Source of the DNA: Myxococcota bacterium
GTDB lineage: Bacteria; Myxococcota_A; UBA9160; JAFDDA01
Assembly: GCA_965228475.1 (NCBI GenBank)
Contig: OZ245817.1
Span: 288,001-352,000 of the forward strand
Direction of reading: 5' to 3'
Length of the DNA: 64,000 nucleotides
Both the position numbers and the translations under genes were made by a program. How positions within the stretch are numbered: the stretch's first letter is position 1; each line of letters starts with the position of its first letter. This document shows, one piece after another, positions 11,001 to 19,434 of this stretch. The notes beneath the pieces are model-generated. The model was not told where the DNA came from. It ran no database searches and was given only the letters and a program-made list of their open reading frames with translations.

Positions 11001-11293
11001 CCGAGGAGCTCCACCGTCACGCTGGCTACGCCTTCCGAGGACGAGGAGCGGATCCGCTTGATGCCGGCTCCGCCCTGGAGCTTCTCCTCGATGCGGTTCG
11101 TGATCGAGGACTCGATCTCTCCCGGCGAGGCCCCCGGGTAGACGACGTTCACGGTGATCGCGTCGAGCGCGATCGACGGGATCAGCTCCTGGCGCAGGGT
11201 CGGCATGGTGCCGAGGCCGGCGACGAGGATCACCACCATCGTCAGGTTCGCGGCGACCGGGTTCTCGGCGCACCACGCGATGGCGCCCTTCAC
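8084..11293 (-). CDS. RND efflux permease (AcrB/AcrD/AcrF family)
   Basis: 1069 aa; NPVAANL start, GIVVDDAIVVGEN, RFRPILLTTLTT. Confidence 0.95.
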   Translation of the reverse strand: MKGAIAWCAENPVAANLTMVVILVAGLGTMPTLRQELIPSIALDAITVNVVYPGASPGEIESSITNRIEEKLQGGAGIKRIRSSSSEGVASVTVELLGGEDVRRRLDEVRASVDAIDTFPEGAEEPTVQQSEVESRVLNLAVSGEVDEWTLTRLAQQIRDDIAALPDVSDARLMMARPYEVTVEVSESSLERHGLRFDDVVRAVRTSSLDLPGGGVKTDSGEILLRAKGQAYHGEEYEQIALVSRRDGTRLALGDVATVVDGFAEADRLARFDGEPSLLIQVFRQGDQKALAISRKVREYVDGLQTSLPEGIAVTVWQDDSRVLADRLDTMLRNGRGGFLLVVIILSLFLRLRLALWVSLGIPISFLGAVALLPALDISINFISLLGFIIVLGIVVDDAIVVGENAHVHQVRTGNHLRGAILGAQTILVPVAFGVLTTIAAFFPLATLPGPMGRMTRVLPMVVIACLVFSVLEAMFILPAHLGHGKKSEGEGSNPVSRGWRRFQAAIARGLNRVIEGLYLPALRRALEWRYLTSAVALSLLLFTVGLFGGGWLKFVFQEPVEADFIVADLTLSPGTPFHVTQRAVERLEAAALLVRDEVGAENPGRPAVFTHLMSSVGEQPMQARREQMNRMMDGSAPARSNVGEVQVEIVDFRRRDIGVAELTRRWREAAGDFPGVEQLQFEYSLVTTGAPIEIELNGPDLDALREAADAVKHHLETYPGVFDVADSFRGGKQELEYQILPSAETLGLTLEDVARQLRQGFYGEEAQTIQRGRDEVKVMVRYPESERRSLGDVERMRIRGADGTTIPFTSVARADLRTGFSAIRHVDGRRVVSVTADVDQAAANANEIVRVLRSGALDEILARYPGVQFSFEGEQAEQREFLAAMSRGYVIALLVIYSLLAIPLGSYFQPLIIMAAIPFGLVGAAWGHYLLGFTFSMYSVLGLVALSGVVVNASLVLSDRINQFVASGVPLFEAVQQAAAARFRPILLTTLTTFAGLTPLMLETSMQAKFMIPMAVSIAFGVLFASLVTLFLVPSTYLMLEDVLRLFRRSEPPVADRPRPVRARDEAA

Positions 11294-12558
11294 GAGGAGT
11301 GCGCTCCGGCGGGCTCCGCCGTCCGGGCCGCCGGCTCTTCGGCGGCGAGCGATTCCTCGGCTTCGCTCGGGCCGGCCTCGCGCCCCGGCCGGCCCTCGGG
11401 CGAGGCGACCGCATCGAGGACCCGAACCGTCATGCCCTCCGTCGCGATCTCGAGGGGCGAAGTCACGAGGCGCTCCCCCGGAAGCAGCCGCGCCCGGATC
11501 CAGCTCACGCCGCGAACGGAGCGCAGCACCTCGGCCTGCCGGATGCGGAGGCGATCCTCCGGGTCGACGAGCAGGATCGTGTCCGCGCGGCGGAGCGCCG
11601 AGCGCGGAATCTCGAACACGCCCTCGGCCGCGCGGCCGCGGATCGTCGCATCGACGAACAGGCCCATCGGCAGCGCTTCACGGCTCGCGTCGGTGAGGGC
11701 GAAGGGGTCGTCCACCCGGGCCACCACGTGCAGCATGCGCGTGCGCTCGTCGCGCACGCCTTCGCTGCGAACGAGGCGACCGGTCCAGCGGGCCTCGCGC
11801 CCCGCGACGCGGGCGGTGAGCTCGACCTCCGGCCCCGTGGGCTCGGAACCACCGCTCGCCGCGGGAATCTCCAGGTGGGCGAGGTCCGCGTCGAGGATCG
11901 GCAGGCGGACCTCTGCGAAGTCGACGGAGTAGAGGCGCGCGAGCGGCTGGCCGCGGTTCACGAACTGTCCGAGGTCGACGTGCTTCTCGCGCACGCGGCT
12001 CGCGAAGGGCGCGCGGATGCGGGTGCGGCCGAGGTCGAGCCGGGCGCGTTCCACGGCGACCTTGGCTTCGCGCTCGCCCGCGGCCGCGTTCGCCTGGGCG
12101 TGGAGCGCTTCATCGAGCCGCGCCTGGCTCGAGATGCCGCGCTCGCGCATGGAGCGCTGCCGGGCGAGCGTGGCCTCGGCGTTCGAGAGCGCGCTCTCGG
12201 CGCGCAGCAGCGCGGCGCGGGCGCCCTCGAGGGCGATCTGGTAGTCGCGCGCGTCGATGCGCGCGATCACGTCGCCCTCGTCGAAGGCGCCGCCGGTGGC
12301 GAGCTCCGGCGAGACCCAGACGATGCGCCCCGCGACCTCGGCCACGAGTTCGCTCTCGGTGACCGGCTCGACCGTGCCCTGGGCGACGACGTCGAGGGTG
12401 ACGGTCTCAGGAACCAGAGCCACGGCCTCGACGACCAGGGCCGGGTCCGGCGGCCGCGCGGTCTCGACGGAAGTTCGCGACGAGACCATTGCGAACGTCA
12501 CGAGCAGGGCCGCGCCGAGCACGCCGAGCGGAAGCAGCAGTTTGGCGGAACGTTTCAC
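11290..12558 (-). CDS. RND periplasmic adaptor (membrane fusion protein)
   Basis: N-terminal anchor, lipoyl half-motifs, coiled coil, IRAPF; GTG start overlaps the TetR stop. Confidence 0.9.
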   Translation of the reverse strand: MKRSAKLLLPLGVLGAALLVTFAMVSSRTSVETARPPDPALVVEAVALVPETVTLDVVAQGTVEPVTESELVAEVAGRIVWVSPELATGGAFDEGDVIARIDARDYQIALEGARAALLRAESALSNAEATLARQRSMRERGISSQARLDEALHAQANAAAGEREAKVAVERARLDLGRTRIRAPFASRVREKHVDLGQFVNRGQPLARLYSVDFAEVRLPILDADLAHLEIPAASGGSEPTGPEVELTARVAGREARWTGRLVRSEGVRDERTRMLHVVARVDDPFALTDASREALPMGLFVDATIRGRAAEGVFEIPRSALRRADTILLVDPEDRLRIRQAEVLRSVRGVSWIRARLLPGERLVTSPLEIATEGMTVRVLDAVASPEGRPGREAGPSEAEESLAAEEPAARTAEPAGAHSS

Positions 12559-13169
12559 GGGTTCGTCTCCGAGTGGGCGCTCGGGGAGTCGTTCAAGAAG
12601 AGGCCGGTCAGGATGCCGAGACCTTCGGGCGTCGCAGCGCCCTCGGCATCGAGCAGACATCCGAAGAGGCTCGCGAGGTAGAGGCGCGGCGCGTACTGCG
12701 CGTCGAGCCCCGTGCGGAGCTCGCCGCGTTCGGCGGCTTCGAGGAAGCGCCGGTCGAGCACGTCCATGACGGGCTGGGGCTCGTCCTCGGGCTTCTCGGG
12801 GAGCGAGCGGGTCTGGGCGCGGAGCATCTCGGCGAAGACGTCGGGGCCGATCTCGTCGCGGAACTCGAGGATGCCCGCGACGAGCTCCGCGAGCGCGTCG
12901 CGCAGGGCGCCCTCACGGCCGGTGCTCTCCACGCGTTCCGCGAGCCGCCCCTGGATGCCGAGCAACACCTCCCGCAGCAGGTCCTGCTTCGTCGAGAAGT
13001 GGAAGTAGAAGCTCGGCCGCGAGACGCCGGCGTTCTTCGCGATGCGGGCGATGCTCGCGCGCTCGAAGCCGTTGGCGCGGAACTCCTCGAGCGCGGCCTC
13101 GACGAGGCGGGCGCGCGTGCGGTCCCCCCGGCGTTCCCGGGGGCGGAGGTTTTGGATGGCGGTGCTCAC
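12555..13169 (-). CDS. TetR/AcrR-family regulator
   Basis: HTH ASIARIAKNAGVSRPSFYFHFSTKQDLL; start uncertain (GTG 13169 or TTG 13205). Confidence 0.9.
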   Translation of the reverse strand: MSTAIQNLRPRERRGDRTRARLVEAALEEFRANGFERASIARIAKNAGVSRPSFYFHFSTKQDLLREVLLGIQGRLAERVESTGREGALRDALAELVAGILEFRDEIGPDVFAEMLRAQTRSLPEKPEDEPQPVMDVLDRRFLEAAERGELRTGLDAQYAPRLYLASLFGCLLDAEGAATPEGLGILTGLFLNDSPSAHSETNP

Positions 13170-13191
13170 GGCGATGGAGTGTGGTTCGGAT

Positions 13192-13224
13192 TTGACGCTT
13201 GTCAACTTTAGGAGACACCCGTCA
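13192..13224. promoter_or_regulatory. Putative TetR operators overlapping a -35 box
   Basis: Palindrome ttgac-gctt-gtcaa (13192-13205) and related agac-accc-gtca (13213-13224); TTGACA on the minus strand. Confidence 0.6.
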
Positions 13225-13329
13225 GAAATCCCGATATCCCCGCGGGGAAGCCCTTCAGCGCGACCTTTCCGCCACCTCGGCCCGGAATCGGCTCGCCCGA
13301 GCCCCCGAGCGCGGCGGATACTCCACGCG

Positions 13330-13808
13330 ATGGCCTCCTACCCGCCCTCGGCCGAAGCCGAGATCGCCGCGCCCATCGAGCGCGTGTTCGACGCCCTGCT
13401 CGACGGCTCGCGCTACCCCGAGTGGAACCCGCTGATCCTCTCCGAGGAGGGCGACTCCTTCGCGGTCGGAGCGCCGGTGACCATGCGGGTTCGGCTCGGC
13501 CCGGTGGTCGTGCGGCCCACCCGGGCCACGGTCCGCGTCACTCCGCCGGGCGAGACCGATGGCCGGCGCGCCGAGTGGGTTCACCGCTTCGCGTCCGGGC
13601 TCGCGAAGGTCGGGCTCGTGCAGTCCCAGCGTCATCACGAACTCGAGGCCCACGGCGGTGGCACCCGCTACGTCACTTACGAGCACTTCCGCGGACCGCT
13701 CTCGTGGCTGCTGCCCTACGGCGCGATCGACGCCGGCTTCAAGGCACAGGCCGCCGCCTTGAGGCGTACTGCGAGGGGGGTGCCCCTCGCTCCTGCGACC
13801 GCATCTGA
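13330..13808 (+). pseudogene. SRPBCC/START-domain protein with apparent 1-bp frameshift near the C-terminus
   Basis: IAAPIERVFDALLD..YPEWNP and TRYVTYEHFRG; the expected end (LKAYCE) is split between frames at about 13760. Confidence 0.6.
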
Positions 13809-13889
13809 CGGCCTTCTCTCTGCACTGACACAAAACGAATCATGCGCCCACGAGACTTCGATGTCCGACCCACGGACAACGGAGGAGTC

Positions 13890-14693
13890 ATGGATCTTCG
13901 TGTCGCTCGGTTTGCTTCGCTTGCCGTCGGTTGCATCGCGATCGGTGCCGCGGCCCCGGCCAGTGCGTTGTCATTGATCAGCAACACACGGATCGTTCTT
14001 GCGGACACCGTGTACGACGTCTTTCAGCTCGACGACGGAGGCGATCTCGACGCCGATTCGCGGATGGAGCCCGGTGCCTGGATCGGGGCCGCGGTCGCAT
14101 CGTCCGGTCTGGGCAACGTCGCGCAAGCGACCGCCGAGGCCACCCAGGACTCGGTCGTCACCACGGAAGATCCACTGCTCGATCTGCTCGCGAGCGGGGG
14201 TGGTGCCGCCGGTGCCGCCTTCGACGTGAACGATCCGGGCTTTCCCTCGCGCGCGTCCGGCTTCGGGACGACGTCGCTCGAGGTCGTCTTCGACGTGACG
14301 GAGCCGACGGAGATCGCCCTGGCCGTCAGCCTCTTCGCAGCGCTCGAGGAGCTCATCGTCAACACGGGCCAGGGGCCTGTCGATTCCGAGGTCTTCGCCT
14401 TCTTCGGCCTCGTCGGCGCGAACGTCGGGCTCGTCTCGTCGGGAGAGGTCTCGGACGATGCCGGCGACGGGGCACCCGTCGAGGACGACTTCGTCTTCAG
14501 CGGTGTGATCGCGCCGGATACCTACGCCCTGACGATCGGCGCCCAGGTCGACGTCGCGGGCTTCGAGGATTCCTTCGGGAGCGGGATCGCGAGCTTCGGT
14601 TTCGAGCTTCGCGCGGTGCCGGAGCCTCCGCTCGCGGGGCTCCTGCTTCTCGGGCTCTGGGTGATTCAGCGAGCGCCGAGGCGGAAGAGGTAG
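13890..14693 (+). CDS. PEP-CTERM sorting-domain protein
   Basis: Signal peptide; C-terminal VPEPPLAGLLLLGLWVIQRAPRRKR; RBS ggagga. Confidence 0.85.
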   Translation: MDLRVARFASLAVGCIAIGAAAPASALSLISNTRIVLADTVYDVFQLDDGGDLDADSRMEPGAWIGAAVASSGLGNVAQATAEATQDSVVTTEDPLLDLLASGGGAAGAAFDVNDPGFPSRASGFGTTSLEVVFDVTEPTEIALAVSLFAALEELIVNTGQGPVDSEVFAFFGLVGANVGLVSSGEVSDDAGDGAPVEDDFVFSGVIAPDTYALTIGAQVDVAGFEDSFGSGIASFGFELRAVPEPPLAGLLLLGLWVIQRAPRRKR

Positions 14694-15118
14694 GCCTCGT
14701 CGACGTTCTCGTTGCGCGGGCGGCGGCCGTACTTCACTTCGTAGGCGTCGGAGAAGCGGTCGAACTCCTCCTGGGTCTCGACGCGGGCGGCGGCGAGCTC
14801 GTAGATCGAGTCTTCGATCTTCATGCGCACCGCCGGGTCGGCTTCCATGTGTTCGACCCAGGTGGCGCGGCTCTCGCCGGCGTGCACGTAGAGATCCGGG
14901 CCGACGCCGGTCGCCCAGATGTTGACCGAGTAGGGATCGCTCGGCTGCGTCTCGAGCTGGACGGTGCCGGTGGCGTCGGAGAAGGCCCAGTCGCCCGGGA
15001 CCGCGACCACCGGGCCTTCGAGCGCGCCGCCGGGGAGCAGGAGGAACGGGCCTCCGCAGGCGAGAGTGGCCGAAGCGAGCAGAGCCAGGGTGAAGCGTGC
15101 GAGGTGCGTTTTCATCAT
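14666..15118 (-). CDS. Small lipoprotein, DUF2255/split-barrel-like
   Basis: Lipobox TLAC; PYSVNIW and W...DPAVRMKI; paralog of 31347-31757. Confidence 0.65.
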   Translation of the reverse strand: MMKTHLARFTLALLASATLACGGPFLLLPGGALEGPVVAVPGDWAFSDATGTVQLETQPSDPYSVNIWATGVGPDLYVHAGESRATWVEHMEADPAVRMKIEDSIYELAAARVETQEEFDRFSDAYEVKYGRRPRNENVDEAYLFRLGAR

Positions 15119-15166
15119 GGGGCGAGCATACCCTTCGGCGTGTCGTAGCCGCCAGCGCGCCGCGCC

Positions 15167-16396
15167 TCAGCCTTCGAGGGCGATGCCGTAGTAGTCGGTG
15201 TAGGGGCGCATCCGTTCCCGCAGCCGCGCCGGGTCGAAGCCCCACTCCTCTGCCGAGTAGCGGTGCTGGCCGAACTTCCCCTTCGGCTTGTCGGCCAGGT
15301 AGCGGCGGATCGCGTCCGCATGCTCGCCGAGGAAGGGCCGGCCCATCCGGCCGTAGAGGGCTTCCACGGCGCCGACGGCGTCGGCCATCAGGTCGGCGAA
15401 GTGCGAGTCGACGATCCGGTCCGGGAGTTCGCCGGCCTCGCGCCGCCGGGCGAGGAGCTTCATCAGCTCGCCGAGGCCGAGCCCCTCCGCCTCGGGCAGG
15501 GTGACCTCGTCGGTGCGTTCCCAGCGCACCGTCGCCAGGGTGCTGAGGCTCGAGGGCTCGGTCTTCAGCGGGTCGCGATGCGTGTGCACGACCCAGGCGT
15601 CCGGGTAGGTTTCGAAGACGAGATCGATGCACGTGAGGTAGAGCGGCGTCTTCACGACCCACGTCTTCGGCGGCCCGCCGTGCTGGAGCGTCTGCAGGAA
15701 CGCCCGGTGGTAGGCCATCGTCGCCGGGAAGTCGGGGATCCACTCCGGGATCTCAGCGATCATCGACCAGTGCCCGCCGGAGAAGCCGGGGAGCGTGATC
15801 GTCACGCACTCGACCGGAAGGTCCGCGCGCAGCTCGTGGATCGCGGCGAACTCGGGCTGGACGTCGGCCCAGAACTCCTGCTCGCACTCCGCCATCGCGC
15901 GCCGCGCCTCCGCATCCGTTCCGGCCTGCGGGACGGGGTGGAGCGCCTCCCAGGCGAGGGGAGCGCGCGCGTTCGGGTCGAGGGCGAGCAGCTCGAACAG
16001 GATGGTCGTGCCCGAGCGCGGCGGGCCGGTGATGACGATCGGCGCCTCGACGTTTTCTTCCGCGATGGCCGGCGAGGCGGCACGAGCCTGGCTCAGCAGG
16101 AGCCGCGTGCACAGGCCGCGCAGGAGTTCCTGGCGGGTCATCAGCCGGCCGAGCGTGTTGAGGTTGCCCGCGGTCTCGAGCTGGCCGACGAGGGCTTCGA
16201 AGCGGCCCCGCCAATCGCCGTCGAAGTCGCCGAAGTCCGTGAGGCCTCCGGTCGCGCGGGTGGCGCTCTCGACGAGGTCGTGCGCATCGAGGGGAATCAG
16301 GTTCGCGGCGCCGCCGACGGAATCGCCCATGGCGTTGATGCGGCGCACCCAGTCGGGCCGGGTGTAGTGCTCGGAGAGGTTCTTGAAGCTCGGCAC
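15167..16396 (-). CDS. Sulfotransferase family protein
   Basis: PAPS loop ITGPPRSGTT; WVVKTP and HTHRDP. Confidence 0.9.
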   Translation of the reverse strand: MPSFKNLSEHYTRPDWVRRINAMGDSVGGAANLIPLDAHDLVESATRATGGLTDFGDFDGDWRGRFEALVGQLETAGNLNTLGRLMTRQELLRGLCTRLLLSQARAASPAIAEENVEAPIVITGPPRSGTTILFELLALDPNARAPLAWEALHPVPQAGTDAEARRAMAECEQEFWADVQPEFAAIHELRADLPVECVTITLPGFSGGHWSMIAEIPEWIPDFPATMAYHRAFLQTLQHGGPPKTWVVKTPLYLTCIDLVFETYPDAWVVHTHRDPLKTEPSSLSTLATVRWERTDEVTLPEAEGLGLGELMKLLARRREAGELPDRIVDSHFADLMADAVGAVEALYGRMGRPFLGEHADAIRRYLADKPKGKFGQHRYSAEEWGFDPARLRERMRPYTDYYGIALEG

Positions 16397-16403
16397 GGCG
16401 GGT

Positions 16404-17582
16404 TCAGGCGAGGGCGTCCACGGCGACGAGCTCCGTTTCGATCGGCGGCACTTCTTCCTCGGGAAGCAGGAAGCGCCAGAAGATCATGCCCGAGAGGATG
16501 CCGGCGGGGCTGATCCAGTTCGGGTGCCCCGGGTCCCGGTGCGCCACCACGACCTCGAAGCTGCCGTCGGGCCGGCACTGCATCTGGCGCCGATTCAGGG
16601 AGACGCGCCGGTAGCGGTACGGCGGCGTCTGGAGGCGATGGTTCCAGAGCACCACGTTCGCGAAGCGGCAGCGCGGGAATCGCCCGCGCAGGACGAGCGC
16701 CTCGTCCGGCGCGATCTCGTAGAGGGTCTGGCGGTAGTCGATGTCCTTGGCGGAGTAGCCGATCTCGGTGTTCGGACGTTCGGGGTCGCCTCCCGAGAAG
16801 CGGTTCACCTCGCGGGACACCCAGGCGGGCATGACCTCCGGCGGGAGGTCCGGGAAATCGATCGTCGCGCCGCGCACGAAGTTCACGACGCGGCGGATGC
16901 CCGCGGCGATCGCCGCGTCGTCCATGGGCGCTGCGGGGCCGGGCGCGTCGACGGGTTCGATCCAGATCGGGACGTGGAAGGTCGGGTCCGCCGCGGCACT
17001 GCGCTCCCACTCGAAGTAGTGCCGGGTGGTGATGCTGCCGGCCCCGGGCTCGAGCCGCAGCCAGTTGCGCGGCGCGCCCTCGGGCGGTTCCGCGCTCACG
17101 AGGATCTCGTAGCTGCCGTCGGGGGCGACGTCGAACTCCTTGTCGTTCAACGTCGAGACCACGCCCTTCGAAAGATGGCCTTCCTGGGCGCCCGTCTCGA
17201 CGGTGAAGGAGGTGTACGCCGCGTTCGCGACGTTGCCGCGGATCCGGTAGCGGCCGCCCGGGTCGGTCACGGCGCCGTAGTACACGGCGTCCGGGTTGTC
17301 GCCGAGGAGCTTCTTCGTCGGCGAGAGCCAGCGGTGGAAGACCGGCCTCGCCGGGTCGCAGTCGAACCAGACCGAGAAGCCGTGCTGCAGTGCGTTGGCG
17401 ACGAGGGAGCGTGCCGCGTCCTTCTGGGCCGGGGTGCCCATGTGGGTGCGGTCGCCGTTCACCCAATCCGCTTCGATCTCGCCGAGCGTCGCGGCGAGTT
17501 CGGCGAACGCCCGCGCCGCTTCTGAGCCCGAGGCGGCGGCCTTGGCGAGCGCCTCGAGACCCGCGGAGATCGATTCGCTCAT
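16404..17582 (-). CDS. DUF1214-domain protein
   Basis: GDNPDAVYY, YRIRG, DGSFEVVVAHRDPGHPNW; commonly paired with a sulfotransferase. Confidence 0.8.
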   Translation of the reverse strand: MSESISAGLEALAKAAASGSEAARAFAELAATLGEIEADWVNGDRTHMGTPAQKDAARSLVANALQHGFSVWFDCDPARPVFHRWLSPTKKLLGDNPDAVYYGAVTDPGGRYRIRGNVANAAYTSFTVETGAQEGHLSKGVVSTLNDKEFDVAPDGSYEILVSAEPPEGAPRNWLRLEPGAGSITTRHYFEWERSAAADPTFHVPIWIEPVDAPGPAAPMDDAAIAAGIRRVVNFVRGATIDFPDLPPEVMPAWVSREVNRFSGGDPERPNTEIGYSAKDIDYRQTLYEIAPDEALVLRGRFPRCRFANVVLWNHRLQTPPYRYRRVSLNRRQMQCRPDGSFEVVVAHRDPGHPNWISPAGILSGMIFWRFLLPEEEVPPIETELVAVDALA

Positions 17583-17631
17583 CGTCGTTCCTCTCTGCGC
17601 GTGGACGGCCGATTCTACATCGCGTCCCGGG

Positions 17632-17738
17632 CCGGGTGGGGGCTGCTGACACGTCGCGCCTTCGGCCCCGGGTGGGGCTGCTGACACATCGCGCCGTCGG
17701 CCCCGGGTGGGGGCCGCTGACACATCGCGCCGTCGGCC
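17632..17738. repeat. Three tandem copies of a 35-36 bp unit
   Basis: ccgggtggg(g)gcYgctgacacRtcgcgccKtcggcc at 17632, 17668 and 17703, with no spacers. Confidence 0.92.
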
Positions 17739-17752
17739 GTTACCCACCTTCG

Positions 17753-18343
17753 ATGAGGACTCGCGGACATCGGGGCTCGGCGCCCGGTAGGGCCCTTCTG
17801 CTGGCCCTGGCGGCCGGCCTGCTCGCGCCGCGGCTCGCGGCGGCCGCGCCCGTTCTCGAGTTCGTCTTTCTCGATTCCGGCCGGACGGTGTCGCCGACCG
17901 AATCCCTCGAGATGCGCGGGCGCGTCACCAACGTCGGCGACATGGCCCTGACCGGCGCGGTCGGTGGCGGCAGCGCAACGGTCCCGCCCTCGGTCCTCGA
18001 TCAGTACTTCGACCCGGCGGTCCCCTCGCCCATCCCGTTCCCCGCCGGCGTCATCGACCTCGTTCCGGGGGAGAGCATCGAGTGGCTCATCGCGAGCCTC
18101 GTTCCCTTCCCGATCTCGGGGAACCTGGGAGATCCGGTCACACCCGGGGAGTACGTCTTCCCCCTCGCGAACCTGACGACCACGTTCTTCGTTCCAGCGG
18201 GACCCGCCTCGATGACCTTCACGGCGCAGACGACGAACGCCAGCGACTTCGTCTGGACGGTCGCCGTCCCCGAGCCTGCTGCGGGCCTGCTGCTTGCCGC
18301 GGCGGGTTGTGGTCTGTTCGCCCGAGGCCGCCGGCGCCGCTAG
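17753..18343 (+). CDS. PEP-CTERM sorting-domain protein
   Basis: Signal peptide ending AAA-A; C-terminal VPEPAAGLLLAAAGCGLFARGRRRR. Confidence 0.85.
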   Translation: MRTRGHRGSAPGRALLLALAAGLLAPRLAAAAPVLEFVFLDSGRTVSPTESLEMRGRVTNVGDMALTGAVGGGSATVPPSVLDQYFDPAVPSPIPFPAGVIDLVPGESIEWLIASLVPFPISGNLGDPVTPGEYVFPLANLTTTFFVPAGPASMTFTAQTTNASDFVWTVAVPEPAAGLLLAAAGCGLFARGRRRR

Positions 18344-18396
18344 CGCCCGCTGCGCTTTCGTTCCCGATCCCGTGCGCGATGTGGTTTTCTATCGCG

Positions 18397-19425
18397 ATGC
18401 GAATCCTCTTTGCCGCAGCGTGGCTCGTCTCGTTCCTGGCCGGCGCTCCCGCCGCGGAGGCGGCCGACCCGCTCGTGGTCGGCGTGAGCTGGGCGTACTT
18501 CCAGGAGGAGCGCTGGAAGACCGACGAAGCGGCGATCCGCACGGCGCTCGAGGCGGCCGGCGCACGCTACCTCGCCACCGACGCCCAGGGTTCGAGCGAG
18601 AAGCAGCTCGCGGACATCGAGAGCCTCGTCGCGCGCGGCGCGCAGGTGCTGATCGTCGTCGCCCACGACGCCGACGCGATGGCCCCCGCGCTGGCGCTCG
18701 CCCGCCAGGAAGGCATCCCGGTGCTCGCCTACGACCGGCTGATCGAAGCGCCCGGCGTGTTCTACCTCTCCTTCGACAACCGGGAGGTCGGCCGGCTCCA
18801 GGCCCGCGCCGTGGCCGCGCTCCGGCCCGCCGGCCGCTACGTCTTCATCAAGGGCGCGCCCACCGATCCCAACGCGGCCTTCGTCCACTCCGGCCAGGTC
18901 GACGTCCTGCAGGAAGCGATCGAGCGCGGGGAGATCGAGGTCGTCGGCGATCAGGCGATCGACGGCTGGCTCCCGGAGCTCGCCCAGCGCGTGATGGAGC
19001 AGATCCTCACCGCCACCGGCGATGGCGTCGATGCCGTGGTCTGCTCGAACGACGGCATGGCGGGGGGCGTCATCGCGGCGCTGCGCGCTCAAGGTCTGGT
19101 GGGCATCCCCGTCTCGGGCCAGGACGGCGACCACGCCGCCTTGAACCGCGTCGCGCGGGGCGAGCAGACCGTGAGCGTGTGGAAGGATGCGCGCGCGCTC
19201 GGCCGGCGGGCTGCGGCCGTGGCGCTGGCGCTCGGCAAGGGGGAGCCGGTGCCCGGTGCGAGCCGCTACGCCGAAGGGCCGCGCCGCATCGGGGTCGACG
19301 CGATCCTGCTCGAGCCGCTCCCGATCACCCGCGCCAACCTCGGCGTCGTGATCGACGCGGGCTGGGTGCCTCGGGCCACCGTCTGTCGCGGCGTTGGCGA
19401 AGACGCGCCACCGGCCTGCCGCTAG
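18397..19425 (+). CDS. xylF: D-xylose-type ABC substrate-binding protein
   Basis: SWAYFQEERWKTDE, VLAYDRLI, SFDNREVG, PVSGQDGDHAALNRV, QTVSVWKD. Confidence 0.8.
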   Translation: MRILFAAAWLVSFLAGAPAAEAADPLVVGVSWAYFQEERWKTDEAAIRTALEAAGARYLATDAQGSSEKQLADIESLVARGAQVLIVVAHDADAMAPALALARQEGIPVLAYDRLIEAPGVFYLSFDNREVGRLQARAVAALRPAGRYVFIKGAPTDPNAAFVHSGQVDVLQEAIERGEIEVVGDQAIDGWLPELAQRVMEQILTATGDGVDAVVCSNDGMAGGVIAALRAQGLVGIPVSGQDGDHAALNRVARGEQTVSVWKDARALGRRAAAVALALGKGEPVPGASRYAEGPRRIGVDAILLEPLPITRANLGVVIDAGWVPRATVCRGVGEDAPPACR

Positions 19426-19434
19426 GACCCGCGC

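Noticed and set aside
7986..11414. Very long alternative-frame and antisense ORFs (1142 aa here; also 2901-5744, 24133-27051, 47140-49545)
   Set aside because: Arg/Pro/Gly-rich shadows of real genes caused by high GC at third codon positions; no domain motifs.
17632..17738. CRISPR array
   Set aside because: The 36-bp units are directly adjacent with no unique spacers, and there are no cas genes.
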